DNA of 32,366 nt from Myxococcota bacterium (GTDB lineage Bacteria; Myxococcota_A; UBA796; SXON01). Shown here piece after piece: positions 18,951 to 27,431 of the stretch. The stretch spans positions 1-32,366 of the forward strand of contig JAZKFH010000064.1 of the NCBI GenBank assembly GCA_040386535.1, in the 5' to 3' direction. Numbering within the stretch: the first letter of the stretch is position 1; the number at the start of each line of letters is the position of its first letter. A model generated the notes under the pieces. It made no database searches and had not been told where the DNA came from. It saw only the letters and a program-made list of their open reading frames with translations. The translations under genes were made by a program, and so were the position numbers.

Positions 18951-20600
18951 ATGCCCCTGCCCGCGCGCCTCCTCGCCTCCTTCGGGCTCCTCGTGGTCGT
19001 CGCTTGCACCTCGCCGGCCGACAAGGCCGAGGACACCGCGGACACCGACGTGGAGGAGGACACGAGCGTCGATCCAGACGCGACGTTCTGCGCGGACAAC
19101 GGCTTCGGCACCGCGGTTTCGTGGGACGCGGTCGGTCCCTACGGCAACCTCCGCCATCAGCTCGCGGAGGACTTCGAGCTGCCGATCGCGGACGGCACGA
19201 CCTGGGCCCTCTCCGCGGAGTGGACCGGCTGCGAGAGCCTGATCTTCATCCCCGACACGCTCGTGCGCTCGGCGGCGGACGATCGGTCGATCTGGGTGCG
19301 CGATCTGGACGACCTGGTGGCCGGCTCCCCTCGCAACACCCACTACTTCTTCGTGTCCGCCCAGCGCGACGAGGCCGCCACCACCTCCATCGCCGACATG
19401 CTCGAGCGGGTGGAGGACCTGTTGGGCGACATGGAGCCGGAGGAGGCGACCTGGTGGGGCGAGCGGCTGCACGTGGTCGGCGCGCCCGCGCGTGACCTCG
19501 GCGGCGTGGTCGAGGCGGTGATCCTGCGTGGCATCGGCACGAACGGTTTCGCAATCGACCGGTTCCAACACGTCCGTGGCCTGGGTTCGTTCGCGGACGT
19601 GACACGCTACGACGCGGCCGCCGGGAGCTGGCCCTTCGAGGACAACCTGTCCTTCGCGGCCCACGAGGCGCGGTTCTTCGAGATGGAGGCCGCGCGCCAG
19701 GCCCGCCTCGACGCGCAGGACGCCACCGTGGTCCCGATGTGGACGGGAGAGGTCATCTCCGGCTACGCCGAGATGGACGTGGCGCTGCCGAGCGCCGCGG
19801 AGATGGCGACGTTCGACACGTTCGAGATCGACGTGGACATGCGCTGCCCCGACCCGGAGGCGGCCGAGGTCGGCAACTGCGGCGCGTGGGACTACCTCGC
19901 CTACCTGTGGGTCGAGGACACCGACGGCACCTGGATCGAGCTCGGGCGCTTCATCACGACCTACCACCGCGAGGCGCGTTGGGTGGCCGACGTGACACCG
20001 ATGATGGCGCACCTGCTCCAGGGTGGCACGCGCCGCTTCAAGTGGGAGTGGGCGCCGGAGTGGAACGTCCAACCCACGGAGACGCGCCTGTCGCTGCGGT
20101 TCACCGACCAGGGCAAGGGGTACCGCCCCCGGGCGGTCACCCGCGTCGCGACCGGCGGCAGCCTCGGCTCCACCTACAACGACGGGCGCGTGCCGGTCGA
20201 CGTGCCGGTGTCCGCCACCGCCGCCAAGGTCGAGCTCTGGGCCCTCATCACCGGGCACGGCGCCTCCACCAATCAGTGCGCCGAGTTCTGCGATCACGAG
20301 CACGAGTTCACGGTGGGGGCCGCCACCCACCTCGCGAGCTTCCCCGAGGCCGGCACCGAGCTCGGCTGCATCGACATGATCGAGGACCAGATGACGCCCA
20401 ACCAATCCGGCACGTGGTGGTACGGCCGGGGCGGCTGGTGCCCCGGCGCCCCGGTGTTGCCATTTTCGGCGGATGTCACGGCCGAGGTCGCGCCGGGCGG
20501 CACCGCCACGGTGGGCTACCGCGGGCTGTACGACGGGGACACGGCGCCCGACAGCAGCGGGGACATCGTGCTCAACGCGTGGCTGGTGGTCTACGAGTAG
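18951..20600 (+). CDS. Peptide-N-glycosidase F-related lipoprotein
   Basis: VVVAC lipobox; CGAWDY, ELGRFITTY, ITGHG, CAEFC and GTWWYGRGGWCPG motifs of the PNGase F fold. Confidence 0.85.
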   Translation: MPLPARLLASFGLLVVVACTSPADKAEDTADTDVEEDTSVDPDATFCADNGFGTAVSWDAVGPYGNLRHQLAEDFELPIADGTTWALSAEWTGCESLIFIPDTLVRSAADDRSIWVRDLDDLVAGSPRNTHYFFVSAQRDEAATTSIADMLERVEDLLGDMEPEEATWWGERLHVVGAPARDLGGVVEAVILRGIGTNGFAIDRFQHVRGLGSFADVTRYDAAAGSWPFEDNLSFAAHEARFFEMEAARQARLDAQDATVVPMWTGEVISGYAEMDVALPSAAEMATFDTFEIDVDMRCPDPEAAEVGNCGAWDYLAYLWVEDTDGTWIELGRFITTYHREARWVADVTPMMAHLLQGGTRRFKWEWAPEWNVQPTETRLSLRFTDQGKGYRPRAVTRVATGGSLGSTYNDGRVPVDVPVSATAAKVELWALITGHGASTNQCAEFCDHEHEFTVGAATHLASFPEAGTELGCIDMIEDQMTPNQSGTWWYGRGGWCPGAPVLPFSADVTAEVAPGGTATVGYRGLYDGDTAPDSSGDIVLNAWLVVYE

Positions 20601-20625
20601 GCTCCCGCGCGGGTTAGGCCCGGCG

Positions 20626-21489
20626 ATGACCTTGCTGTTTCCGGTCGGCGTCCTCGACCTTGGCGCCCTGGACGTTCACGGTACGCTCGAGGTCGCCGCG
20701 GCGGTCGATCCGCTCGGGTACGGGCGCTTCTGGATCACCGAGCACCACGACGACGGCGCGCCCCACGCCAACCCGTCGTTGATGGCTGCCATGGTCGCGA
20801 ACGCGACCTCCACGTTGCGTGTCGGGCCCTCCGGCGTGCTCCTCCGCTACTACACGCCGCTCGCCGTGGCGCACACCGCCACGCTCCTCGAGGCGCTCTT
20901 CCCCGGGCGGGTCGACTTCGGCATCGCCTCGGCGCGCGCCCCGTCACCCCAAGCGGCCGCGCTGGGCGGCGGGCTCCCGGACGACGACGTTGCGCTGCAC
21001 GAGCGGATCCTCACGTTCCTCGCCATCCTGCGCCGGGAGACCGGGTGGGTGCCGCTCCCCGCGTACGAGGCGGCGCCGCCGGTGTGGATCTCGGGCAACA
21101 GCGACGCCAAGGCCCGGCTCGCCGGCACGTCGGGAGCGGGGCTCGCCAGCTCCGGCTTCCACACGTCCGTGCCCATGTCACCCGACACGTTTGCGCGCTA
21201 TCGTGACACGTTCGTGCCCCGCCCCGAGCTTCCCACGCCTGTCACCGCGCTCGCCGTGAGCGTGTTGTGCGCGGAGACCGCGGCCGAAGCGCGCTCGTAC
21301 CACGATGTCTACCAACGTTTGTTCGGCTACGAGCAGACCGTCATCGGCACCCCCGCCCAATGCGCGCAGGAGCTGGTCGCGCTGCAACGCTCCACGGGGG
21401 CGGACGAGCTCCTGATCGCGCCGCGACAGGACTCGGCGGACGCCGCGATCCGCGGGCTGCGGATGCTGGTGGAGGCGTTGGGGGCATAA
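20626..21489 (+). CDS. LLM-class (luciferase-like) flavin-dependent oxidoreductase
   Basis: GYGRFWITEHH, TSTLRVG, LFPGRVDFGI, VIGTP...GADEL. Confidence 0.9.
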   Translation: MTLLFPVGVLDLGALDVHGTLEVAAAVDPLGYGRFWITEHHDDGAPHANPSLMAAMVANATSTLRVGPSGVLLRYYTPLAVAHTATLLEALFPGRVDFGIASARAPSPQAAALGGGLPDDDVALHERILTFLAILRRETGWVPLPAYEAAPPVWISGNSDAKARLAGTSGAGLASSGFHTSVPMSPDTFARYRDTFVPRPELPTPVTALAVSVLCAETAAEARSYHDVYQRLFGYEQTVIGTPAQCAQELVALQRSTGADELLIAPRQDSADAAIRGLRMLVEALGA

Positions 21490-21513
21490 GAGCGCGCTCG
21501 GCCGCCTTCCGGC

Positions 21514-22296
21514 CTATGGCGCGTCCAGGTTGTCCTGGAGCCGCACCATCGCCTCCTGGCTCACCCGGATGAAGCCCCGCCGCGGCTGATCCAGGTCGAG
21601 GATCATCAGCAGGATGCCCGCCATCAGGATCGAGAGCAGGAGCGTACCGGCACGGTGGGGCCCGCGGAACAGCCCGAAGCCGAAGGCGATGGTCGCCACG
21701 CCGATCACGACGAGGGCGATCTGGAGGACGATCAACGCGTCGGGGACTCGCGCGTCGTGGGCCACGACACGCCCGGCGTGCAGGTCGATGACCTCGTTGA
21801 GCGTGGTGACGAGCAGGGAGAGCGGCAACGACTGAGGCGCGCCGCTGGCCTCGCGTGCGACAAGCGCCCAGATGCGGGCCTGCAGCGCCTCGCTCGCCCG
21901 GATCTCGTCCTCGATGGCGGAGCGGTCCTCGCCCACCGCGTAGTAGGCGATGCGCACGGTCACGTACTCGCGGAGGAGCGCCTTGGCCTCGGTGCGCGCG
22001 GGCTCGGGGAGGAAATCGGCGCGCAGGAAGGTGGTGCCGATGGCGTCGGCCTCCTCGAGCACCAGGTCGCGCCGCGTCTCGAAGCGCGCCACCGCCATGG
22101 AGAAGCTGAACGCGAGGAGCAGCCCGACCAGGCCCAGCACCGCGCCCTGCACGGCCCCCACCTGGCTTCGGAAGCGCTCGTCCGCCTTGGGCTCGAGCCG
22201 CGCCGCGAGGCGCCCGGCCAGCTCGCCGCACAGCAGCGAGACGACCAGGATGCACCCGGCGACGAGAAGGGGGTCCTGCGAGGCGATCGGCGCCAT
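21514..22296 (-). CDS. DUF4239/bestrophin-like inner-membrane protein
   Basis: GGAGGAGG RBS; LLLAFSFSMA..RF..RR...EADAIGT and ILDLDQPRRG.I.V motifs; four hydrophobic helices. Confidence 0.8.
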   Translation of the reverse strand: MAPIASQDPLLVAGCILVVSLLCGELAGRLAARLEPKADERFRSQVGAVQGAVLGLVGLLLAFSFSMAVARFETRRDLVLEEADAIGTTFLRADFLPEPARTEAKALLREYVTVRIAYYAVGEDRSAIEDEIRASEALQARIWALVAREASGAPQSLPLSLLVTTLNEVIDLHAGRVVAHDARVPDALIVLQIALVVIGVATIAFGFGLFRGPHRAGTLLLSILMAGILLMILDLDQPRRGFIRVSQEAMVRLQDNLDAP

Positions 22297-22345
22297 GTCG
22301 GGCACCTCCTCCAAGAGAGGTAGGCGCCCCGCGACCGCCGACTCG

Positions 22346-22756
22346 TCAGGCCTGCGGCTCACCCTCGGGCGCCGACTCCGCGGCCGCTGCCTCCGCGGCG
22401 GCCTGCTCCGCCACCTTCGCGTGCACCTCGGCCATGTCGAGCGCCTTGACCTTGGTCAGCAGATCCTCGACCGCGGCGGCGGGGAGGGCGCCCGGCTGGG
22501 AGAACAGCAGCACCTTCTCGCGGAACACCATCAGCGTCGGGATCGAGCGGATGCCGAACGCCTGCGCGACCGCCTGCTCGGCGTCGGTGTCGATCTTGCC
22601 GAAGACCACGTCCGTGTGGCGCTCCGAGGCGGCCTCGAACACCGGCGCGAAGCTACGGCACGGGCCGCACCACGAGGCCCAGAAGTCGAGGATGACGATG
22701 TCGTTGCCCTGGATGGTGGCGTCGAAGTCGGCGGCGGTGATGGTGCGGGACGGCAT
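22346..22756 (-). CDS. trxA: Thioredoxin
   Basis: DFWASWCGPC active site; IRSIPTL; C-terminal helical Ala/Glu extension. The symbol is family-level only. Confidence 0.93.
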   Translation of the reverse strand: MPSRTITAADFDATIQGNDIVILDFWASWCGPCRSFAPVFEAASERHTDVVFGKIDTDAEQAVAQAFGIRSIPTLMVFREKVLLFSQPGALPAAAVEDLLTKVKALDMAEVHAKVAEQAAAEAAAAESAPEGEPQA

Positions 22757-22846
22757 GGGCGGCTCCGGAGGGGCGTACCGTTTAACGGATGTCCACGGGT
22801 GGGTCACGGGCGCGGTGGCTTCCGCGGCGGTTCGGCGCCTGACCTC

Positions 22847-23299
22847 TCAGCCCACCGAGAACGGCTGCAAACGCGCCGGCAACGTGTCGGGCGTCGCGAG
22901 CCCGGCGGCGAGGGCGCGCAGGAGGGCGGCGGTCTGCGCGAGCTCGACGGGCTTGCAGAGGCACGCCACCGCGCCGTGCGCGCGGGCCCGGTTGGCCTCG
23001 GCGGGGAGCGCCGCGGAGGTGAACAGGATCACGGGGATCCCTGCCAGCTCCGGCATCGCGCGCACCCGGTCGAGCACGTCGAACCCGTCCGGGCCCGCCA
23101 TCTTCACGTCGAGCAGGAGGACCGCGGGGAGCGGGTACCGCAGGCGGTCGCCGTAGGGGCCGCGACCGGCGAGGTAGCGCAGGCCCTCCTCGCTGCCCTC
23201 CGCCGTGCGCACGTCGAACGCGACGGCCGCGATCCGTGCGGCCGCCCGGAAGATGAGCAGATCGTCAACGTCGTCGTCGACGTACAGAACCACCGACAA
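22847..23299 (-). CDS. Single-domain response regulator receiver (Rcp1-like)
   Basis: VLYVDDD, phospho-Asp in LLLDVKM, FTS, KP; YL.G.GPY.DR..YPLP insert; TTG start with GGAGG upstream. Confidence 0.88.
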   Translation of the reverse strand: MSVVLYVDDDVDDLLIFRAAARIAAVAFDVRTAEGSEEGLRYLAGRGPYGDRLRYPLPAVLLLDVKMAGPDGFDVLDRVRAMPELAGIPVILFTSAALPAEANRARAHGAVACLCKPVELAQTAALLRALAAGLATPDTLPARLQPFSVG

Positions 23300-23367
23300 A
23301 CGCGACCCTCCGCCTCGAAGGTACGCGCCACCGCCCTGCCTCGCGTCCCGATGCGTCACTCCGCGGA

Positions 23368-23814
23368 CTACAGGACCTCGCCGAGCGCGCTCGACCAACT
23401 GTAACTTCCGGCGGCCTTGCCCACGATCGCGCTCTTGGCCGGATCGATCTTGATCACGAGCTCGCCGCCGTTGACGGAGACACCGGTGCCGGTGGTAGAG
23501 AACGCGCACGTGGCCTTGCTCAACTTGCGCACGGCGGCCTTGCCCGGCTCGGTCGCGCACACCGACGTCAGCGTGCCGACGGCGGCCTGGCAGGCGGATT
23601 GGGTGCGGTCCTGGATGGGGTCGAAGGTCAGGTAGGTGCTCTTGTCGTACGAGGCCGTGAGCTTCGCGCCGCACGTGGTGTTGACGCTGTCGACCTTCTT
23701 CTGGAGCTCGGTCGCGTACGTGGCCCAGCCGCTCTTCTGCGCGGCGGTGACCTCTACGTCCGCGGCCGAGGCGAACGTGGTGGAGAGGGTGAGGAAGACG
23801 AGGAGGGTGCGCAT
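23368..23814 (-). CDS. Small secreted hypothetical protein
   Basis: Signal peptide MRTLLVFLTLSTTFASA; four Cys; GC3-rich codons. Confidence 0.8.
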   Translation of the reverse strand: MRTLLVFLTLSTTFASAADVEVTAAQKSGWATYATELQKKVDSVNTTCGAKLTASYDKSTYLTFDPIQDRTQSACQAAVGTLTSVCATEPGKAAVRKLSKATCAFSTTGTGVSVNGGELVIKIDPAKSAIVGKAAGSYSWSSALGEVL

Positions 23815-23896
23815 GCGGGATCCCGAGGTTGCTCGATGGGCTAACGCGCGCCGGTGACGCTGCCAGGGGCCGGGGCGGGTGCTCCCTCGCCCGCTG

Positions 23897-24277
23897 TCAC
23901 CCTATCGTAGCGTCGTGTGTCATCACCCACCGCCCGTCCTGCTCGGCCAGCACCACCAGCGCGTAGCCGCCCACCGTGGCCCCGTCCTCCCGCGTCACCG
24001 CCCATCGCAACACGACGCGCACGCCCACCTCCTGACCGCTCTCTTCGGCGACGTGGAGCACCTCCAGCGCCAGGCGCCCCATGGCGGCGCGGTCGGGGTA
24101 GGCCCCGGTCATACGTGCCCGGAGCGCGTCGCGGCCGTACACGGGCCCCTTGGCGGTCACGTACACCACGTCGGGCGCGCACCCGGCCAGGTAGCCCTCC
24201 AGATCCCCGGCGTTCCAGGCCTCCCGTTGCGTGTCGAGGACCGCGAGGGCGGGGTGGGTGGATTCGCTGCTGAACAT
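23897..24277 (-). CDS. NTF2/SnoaL-like (YybH/DUF4440) protein
   Basis: Q.EAWNAGDLEGYL, YPDRAAMGRL, GRWVMTHDAT; GGAG RBS and TATCCT -10 upstream. Confidence 0.85.
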   Translation of the reverse strand: MFSSESTHPALAVLDTQREAWNAGDLEGYLAGCAPDVVYVTAKGPVYGRDALRARMTGAYPDRAAMGRLALEVLHVAEESGQEVGVRVVLRWAVTREDGATVGGYALVVLAEQDGRWVMTHDATIG

Positions 24278-24956
24278 GGGGTCGGGCTCCAGGGGGAGGA
24301 TAGCGGGTGGGCGAGGTGTACTCGTGCTGCTGTCCCTCGGTTTGCTCGGGTGTGCCCCCGCGGAGCCGCCACCCGCCATCACGCCCGCGTCGCTACGGGT
24401 GGTGGTTGCCACACGAACCTTGTACCTCGGGCTCCCCATCGAAGAGAGCCAGCTCCGCATCGAGTCGATTCCCTGGTCGTCGGTCAAAGGGGTGGAGGAC
24501 AAGCTGTTCGCCTCCACCCACGAGCTGGTGGGGCGGACGCCGCACGACATGATCTACCAGGGCGACATCGTGCGCGCCGAGCGGCTCGCGACGCCGGGCA
24601 AGGGCCCCGGCATCGACGCGCTGCTGTACTTCGGCCAGCGCGCCGTCCCCCTCGAGATGACGCCGGCGGAGGTGGCGCTGGGCCTCGCGCCGGGCGCCGT
24701 GGTCGACATCCACTGGTCGCGGCGGGAGCGAGCGTGCGGGATCGTCACGCCCTGGGTGACGGGAGTGGAGGTGCTCGCCGTCTCGGAAGGCGCGGACGCG
24801 CGCCGATGGATGACCCTGCGCGTGCAGGACGACCGCGCCCTCGCGCTCGTCTCCGTGCCGCGCGACGAGCTTCGAGTGGTCCAGCGGGCGCGTTGGGACA
24901 TCGTCGTGCAACACGGATCCCTGAGCCTCGACTGTGACCTCCCCGCGGAGGAGTAG
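24276..24956 (+). CDS. SAF-domain CpaB/RcpC-like protein with lipobox (start uncertain)
   Basis: VVVATRTL..G..I (SAF domain), ELVGR....I..G, GQRAV, L.PG..VDI, VEVLAV; LGLLGC lipobox. Confidence 0.7.
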   Translation: MGSGSRGRIAGGRGVLVLLSLGLLGCAPAEPPPAITPASLRVVVATRTLYLGLPIEESQLRIESIPWSSVKGVEDKLFASTHELVGRTPHDMIYQGDIVRAERLATPGKGPGIDALLYFGQRAVPLEMTPAEVALGLAPGAVVDIHWSRRERACGIVTPWVTGVEVLAVSEGADARRWMTLRVQDDRALALVSVPRDELRVVQRARWDIVVQHGSLSLDCDLPAEE

Positions 24957-25031
24957 CGCCACCCGCCGCCGCCACGATTCCCGGCCGGAAGCGCGCCGCG
25001 CTATCTGAGCGCCCCCTCCCGCGGAGCCCGC

Positions 25032-26333
25032 TTGGCCAACGCCGTCCTCGACCGTTTCCGGTCCTTCCTCGACGCCTCGCCCACGTCCTTCCACGCCGCG
25101 AGCGTCGCCGCCGGCCTGCTCGAAGCGGCCGGCTACGTAGCGCTGGACGAGTCCGCCGCCCCCGAGGCCCTCCCCGCCGGCGCCCGCCGCTACGTGCTCC
25201 GCAGCGGCTCCCTCGTGGCCTTCCGCGTCGGCACCCAGAACCCCGTCGAGGGCGGATTCCGCCTCACCGCCGCCCACACCGACTCGCCCAACCTGCGCGT
25301 CAAGCCGCGCCCCCACCTGCGCGATCACGGCTACGTGCGGCTCGGCGTCGAGCCCTACGGCGGCGTCATGCTCGCCACGTGGGCCGATCGTGACCTCGGC
25401 ATCGCCGGCCGTGTCATCGTGCGCGACGGCGCCGGCCAGCGCGCCGTGTTGGTCGATCTGCGCCGCCCGTTGTGTCGCATTCCCACGCTTGCCATCCACC
25501 TGAACCGCCAGGTGAACGACGAGGGGCTCAAGTTCAACGCCCAGAAGGACCTCCCCGCGCTGTTCGCCCTCTCCGAGGACAAGACCGCCGAGCCTTTGCG
25601 CGAGCTGTTGGCCGAGGCCGCGGGCGTCGGGCCCGCCGATGTGTTGGCGTGGGATCTCGCGCTCTACGACCTCACCCCCGCCGTGATCTCCGGCGTGAAC
25701 GGCGAGTTCCTCCACTCCGCGCGCCTCGACAACCTCGCGAGCTGCCACGCGGGCCTCGAGGCCCTCCTCGCGTCCGACGCGTTGGATCTCCCCGCGTCCA
25801 CCGCGGTCCTCGCGTTGTTCGACCACGAGGAGATCGGCTCCACCAGCGAGCGCGGCGCCCAGAGCGCGTGGCTCGAGCACCTCCTCGAGCGCATCGTGCG
25901 CGACGCAGCGGGCACCAGCGCGGGCGGCCTGCCCCGCGCGCTCACCAGGAGTTGGCTCGTCAGCGCCGACATGGCCCACGCCGTCCACCCCGCCCACGGC
26001 GACAAACACGACGGCGAGCACATGCCGAAGCTCAACGCCGGCCCCGTGGTCAAGCAACACACCGCCCAACGGTACGGCACCGAGGCGGACGGCGCCGCGT
26101 TCTTCTTCCGCTTGTGCGAGAAGGCCGAGGTGCCCGCCCAGTGGTTCGTGAACCGCTCCGACCTCGCGTGCGGCTCGACCGTCGGCCCGCTCGTGGCGGC
26201 GCGGCTCGGCGTGCGCGCCGTGGACGTTGGCAACCCGATGTTGTCGATGCACTCGGCGCGCGAGATGTGTGGCACGGCGGACCACGCGCGGATGATCGCT
26301 GCGCTGCGCGAGTTCCTCGGCGGGATGGCGTAG
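25032..26333 (+). CDS. apeB: M18 family aspartyl aminopeptidase
   Basis: SPTSFHA, AHTDSP, YGG...TW.DRDL, RLDNL.SC, FDHEEIGS, SADMAHAVHP, CGSTVGP, LSMHSARE. Confidence 0.95.
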   Translation: MANAVLDRFRSFLDASPTSFHAASVAAGLLEAAGYVALDESAAPEALPAGARRYVLRSGSLVAFRVGTQNPVEGGFRLTAAHTDSPNLRVKPRPHLRDHGYVRLGVEPYGGVMLATWADRDLGIAGRVIVRDGAGQRAVLVDLRRPLCRIPTLAIHLNRQVNDEGLKFNAQKDLPALFALSEDKTAEPLRELLAEAAGVGPADVLAWDLALYDLTPAVISGVNGEFLHSARLDNLASCHAGLEALLASDALDLPASTAVLALFDHEEIGSTSERGAQSAWLEHLLERIVRDAAGTSAGGLPRALTRSWLVSADMAHAVHPAHGDKHDGEHMPKLNAGPVVKQHTAQRYGTEADGAAFFFRLCEKAEVPAQWFVNRSDLACGSTVGPLVAARLGVRAVDVGNPMLSMHSAREMCGTADHARMIAALREFLGGMA

Positions 26334-26469
26334 CAAACTCGGAATTGGGGCGGACGGACCGCGCGCGGCGCGCGGCCGCCGCGGCGACGGGGCAGGAGGG
26401 GCGAGCGTTGGGGGAGGTGGTGCCGCGCGGGGGCCGGCCTTCGACGCGTCGGGGGCGGCGGCGTCTTGG

Positions 26470-26590
26470 GGGCGGCGGCGCGGGCAAGCCGACGCGGTGG
26501 CGTGGGACCGTCTACGCGGCGTCTCGGCGGGCGGCGACGCCGCGGCGCGGCGGCGCGGCGGGCGGCGGGCGGCGGCGCGGGCAAGCCGAC
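26470..26590. repeat. 24-bp direct repeat GGGCGGCGGCGCGGGCAAGCCGAC in a GC-rich low-complexity tract
   Basis: Identical copies at 26470-26493 and 26567-26590. Confidence 0.85.
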
Positions 26591-26783
26591 CTGAATGGGA
26601 ATCGGACGCGGGCAAGCGGCACCGAGTAGAAACGAGGGGGCCCGCTCGCGCCGCGGTGCCACGGATGAACCATGGTTTTCAAGCGACGCGTCGTGACGCC
26701 GCCGGGACGAAGCGCCTGCGACGAGCCCCCAGTTCCTGTTCAGTGCCGCTTGCGTCTCGTCGATTCCTGTTCGATGCGGCTTG
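26582..26783. repeat. Four-box phased element: two direct 20-bp boxes plus two inverted boxes, 31-bp period
   Basis: Forward CAAGCCGACCTGAATGGGAA (26582) and CAAGCGGCACCGAGTAGAAA (26613). Reverse boxes at 26733-26752 and 26764-26783 read CAAGCGGCACTGAACAGGAA and CAAGCCGCATCGAACAGGAA on the minus strand. Confidence 0.8.
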
Positions 26784-26973
26784 GGGTTCACCCAAGGTGG
26801 TTTCCCGGCGCCGACGCGCGCCCAGAGGTGGCCGGGCTCGGAGCTCGACGCGGGCCACCCCCGGCGCCGCCCGCTCGGCGCGCCGAAACGCTCTGGCCGA
26901 GGGTGTGAACGATGCGATCGGTCACCCGCGGGACCCTCCACGGGGGCCGCCCCGGTTGGGGTGGCCCCGGTGA

Positions 26974-27051
26974 CGCGCGCCGAACCTGGGGATGGCGTCG
27001 CACCGGTCGAGTTCGGCGCGTCCCGCGCGCTGAACTCGGGGGATGGCATCT
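26974..27051. repeat. Two REP-like GC-rich hairpin units, the second split by the MITE
   Basis: CGCGCGCCGAACCTGGGGATGGCGTC (26974) vs CGCGCGCTGAACTCGGGGGATGGCATC (27024); closing arm GTTCGGCG at 27011 and again after the MITE at 27448. Confidence 0.6.
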
Positions 27052-27431
27052 CAATGCGTATGCACCTTGCTCAGCCCTTGAGTACGCGCGCATCGAGGGC
27101 GGGGTCATGCCCCCCTCAACGCCGCTAAATCGGAGTCATGCCACCATGAACGCCGCTAAATCCAGTTCATTCCCGTCAAGTCAGGGCTTCCCACGGCTGC
27201 CACCACGGAACCAAGGGCGTTTCCGGCAGCCCGCGGGGCGTCGCAGCCTCGATCCGAGCATTCAACCCGGCATGACTCCGGGCCGCGTGCATTCATGGGG
27301 ACATGACCTATGACCCTGCGGTTGGGTCCTCACGGCGGCCCGCGATCGGGGCGTCGGCGGTGGGCTCGGAAAACCTTGGGAGCCACGGCCGCTGACCTGC
27401 ACGGGCGCCTGAGGGAAGTGCATAGGCACTG
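27052..27431. mobile_element. 380-bp MITE (complete copy), TIRs reminiscent of IS4-family ends
   Basis: Left CAATGCGTATGCACCTTGCTCAG vs reverse complement of right end CAGTGCCTATGCACTTCCCTCAG (18/23 match); flanks GCATCT / GCGTCT (5/6, possible TSD); second copy at 1-326; no transposase ORF. Confidence 0.85.

Noticed and set aside
26741..26747. CAGTGCC as the left TIR of a larger element
   Set aside because: Only 7 bp match; 27052-27074 matches 18/23 and has a near-TSD. This heptamer belongs to a four-box repeat.
26334..27050. tRNA, tmRNA, RNase P or SRP RNA in the long intergenic region
   Set aside because: No T-loop/CCA cloverleaf or conserved signature motifs recognised by eye; an Infernal/Rfam scan would be needed to exclude these formally.
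26582..27307. 31-bp periodic repeats as a CRISPR array
   Set aside because: Only two units per orientation, gaps of 11-12 bp, inverted arrangement and no cas genes.
1..27431. Composite transposon bounded by the two MITE copies
   Set aside because: Copy 2 has its own near-TSD and splits a local hairpin, indicating independent insertion. The enclosed genes look chromosomal, and the left flank of copy 1 is not visible.
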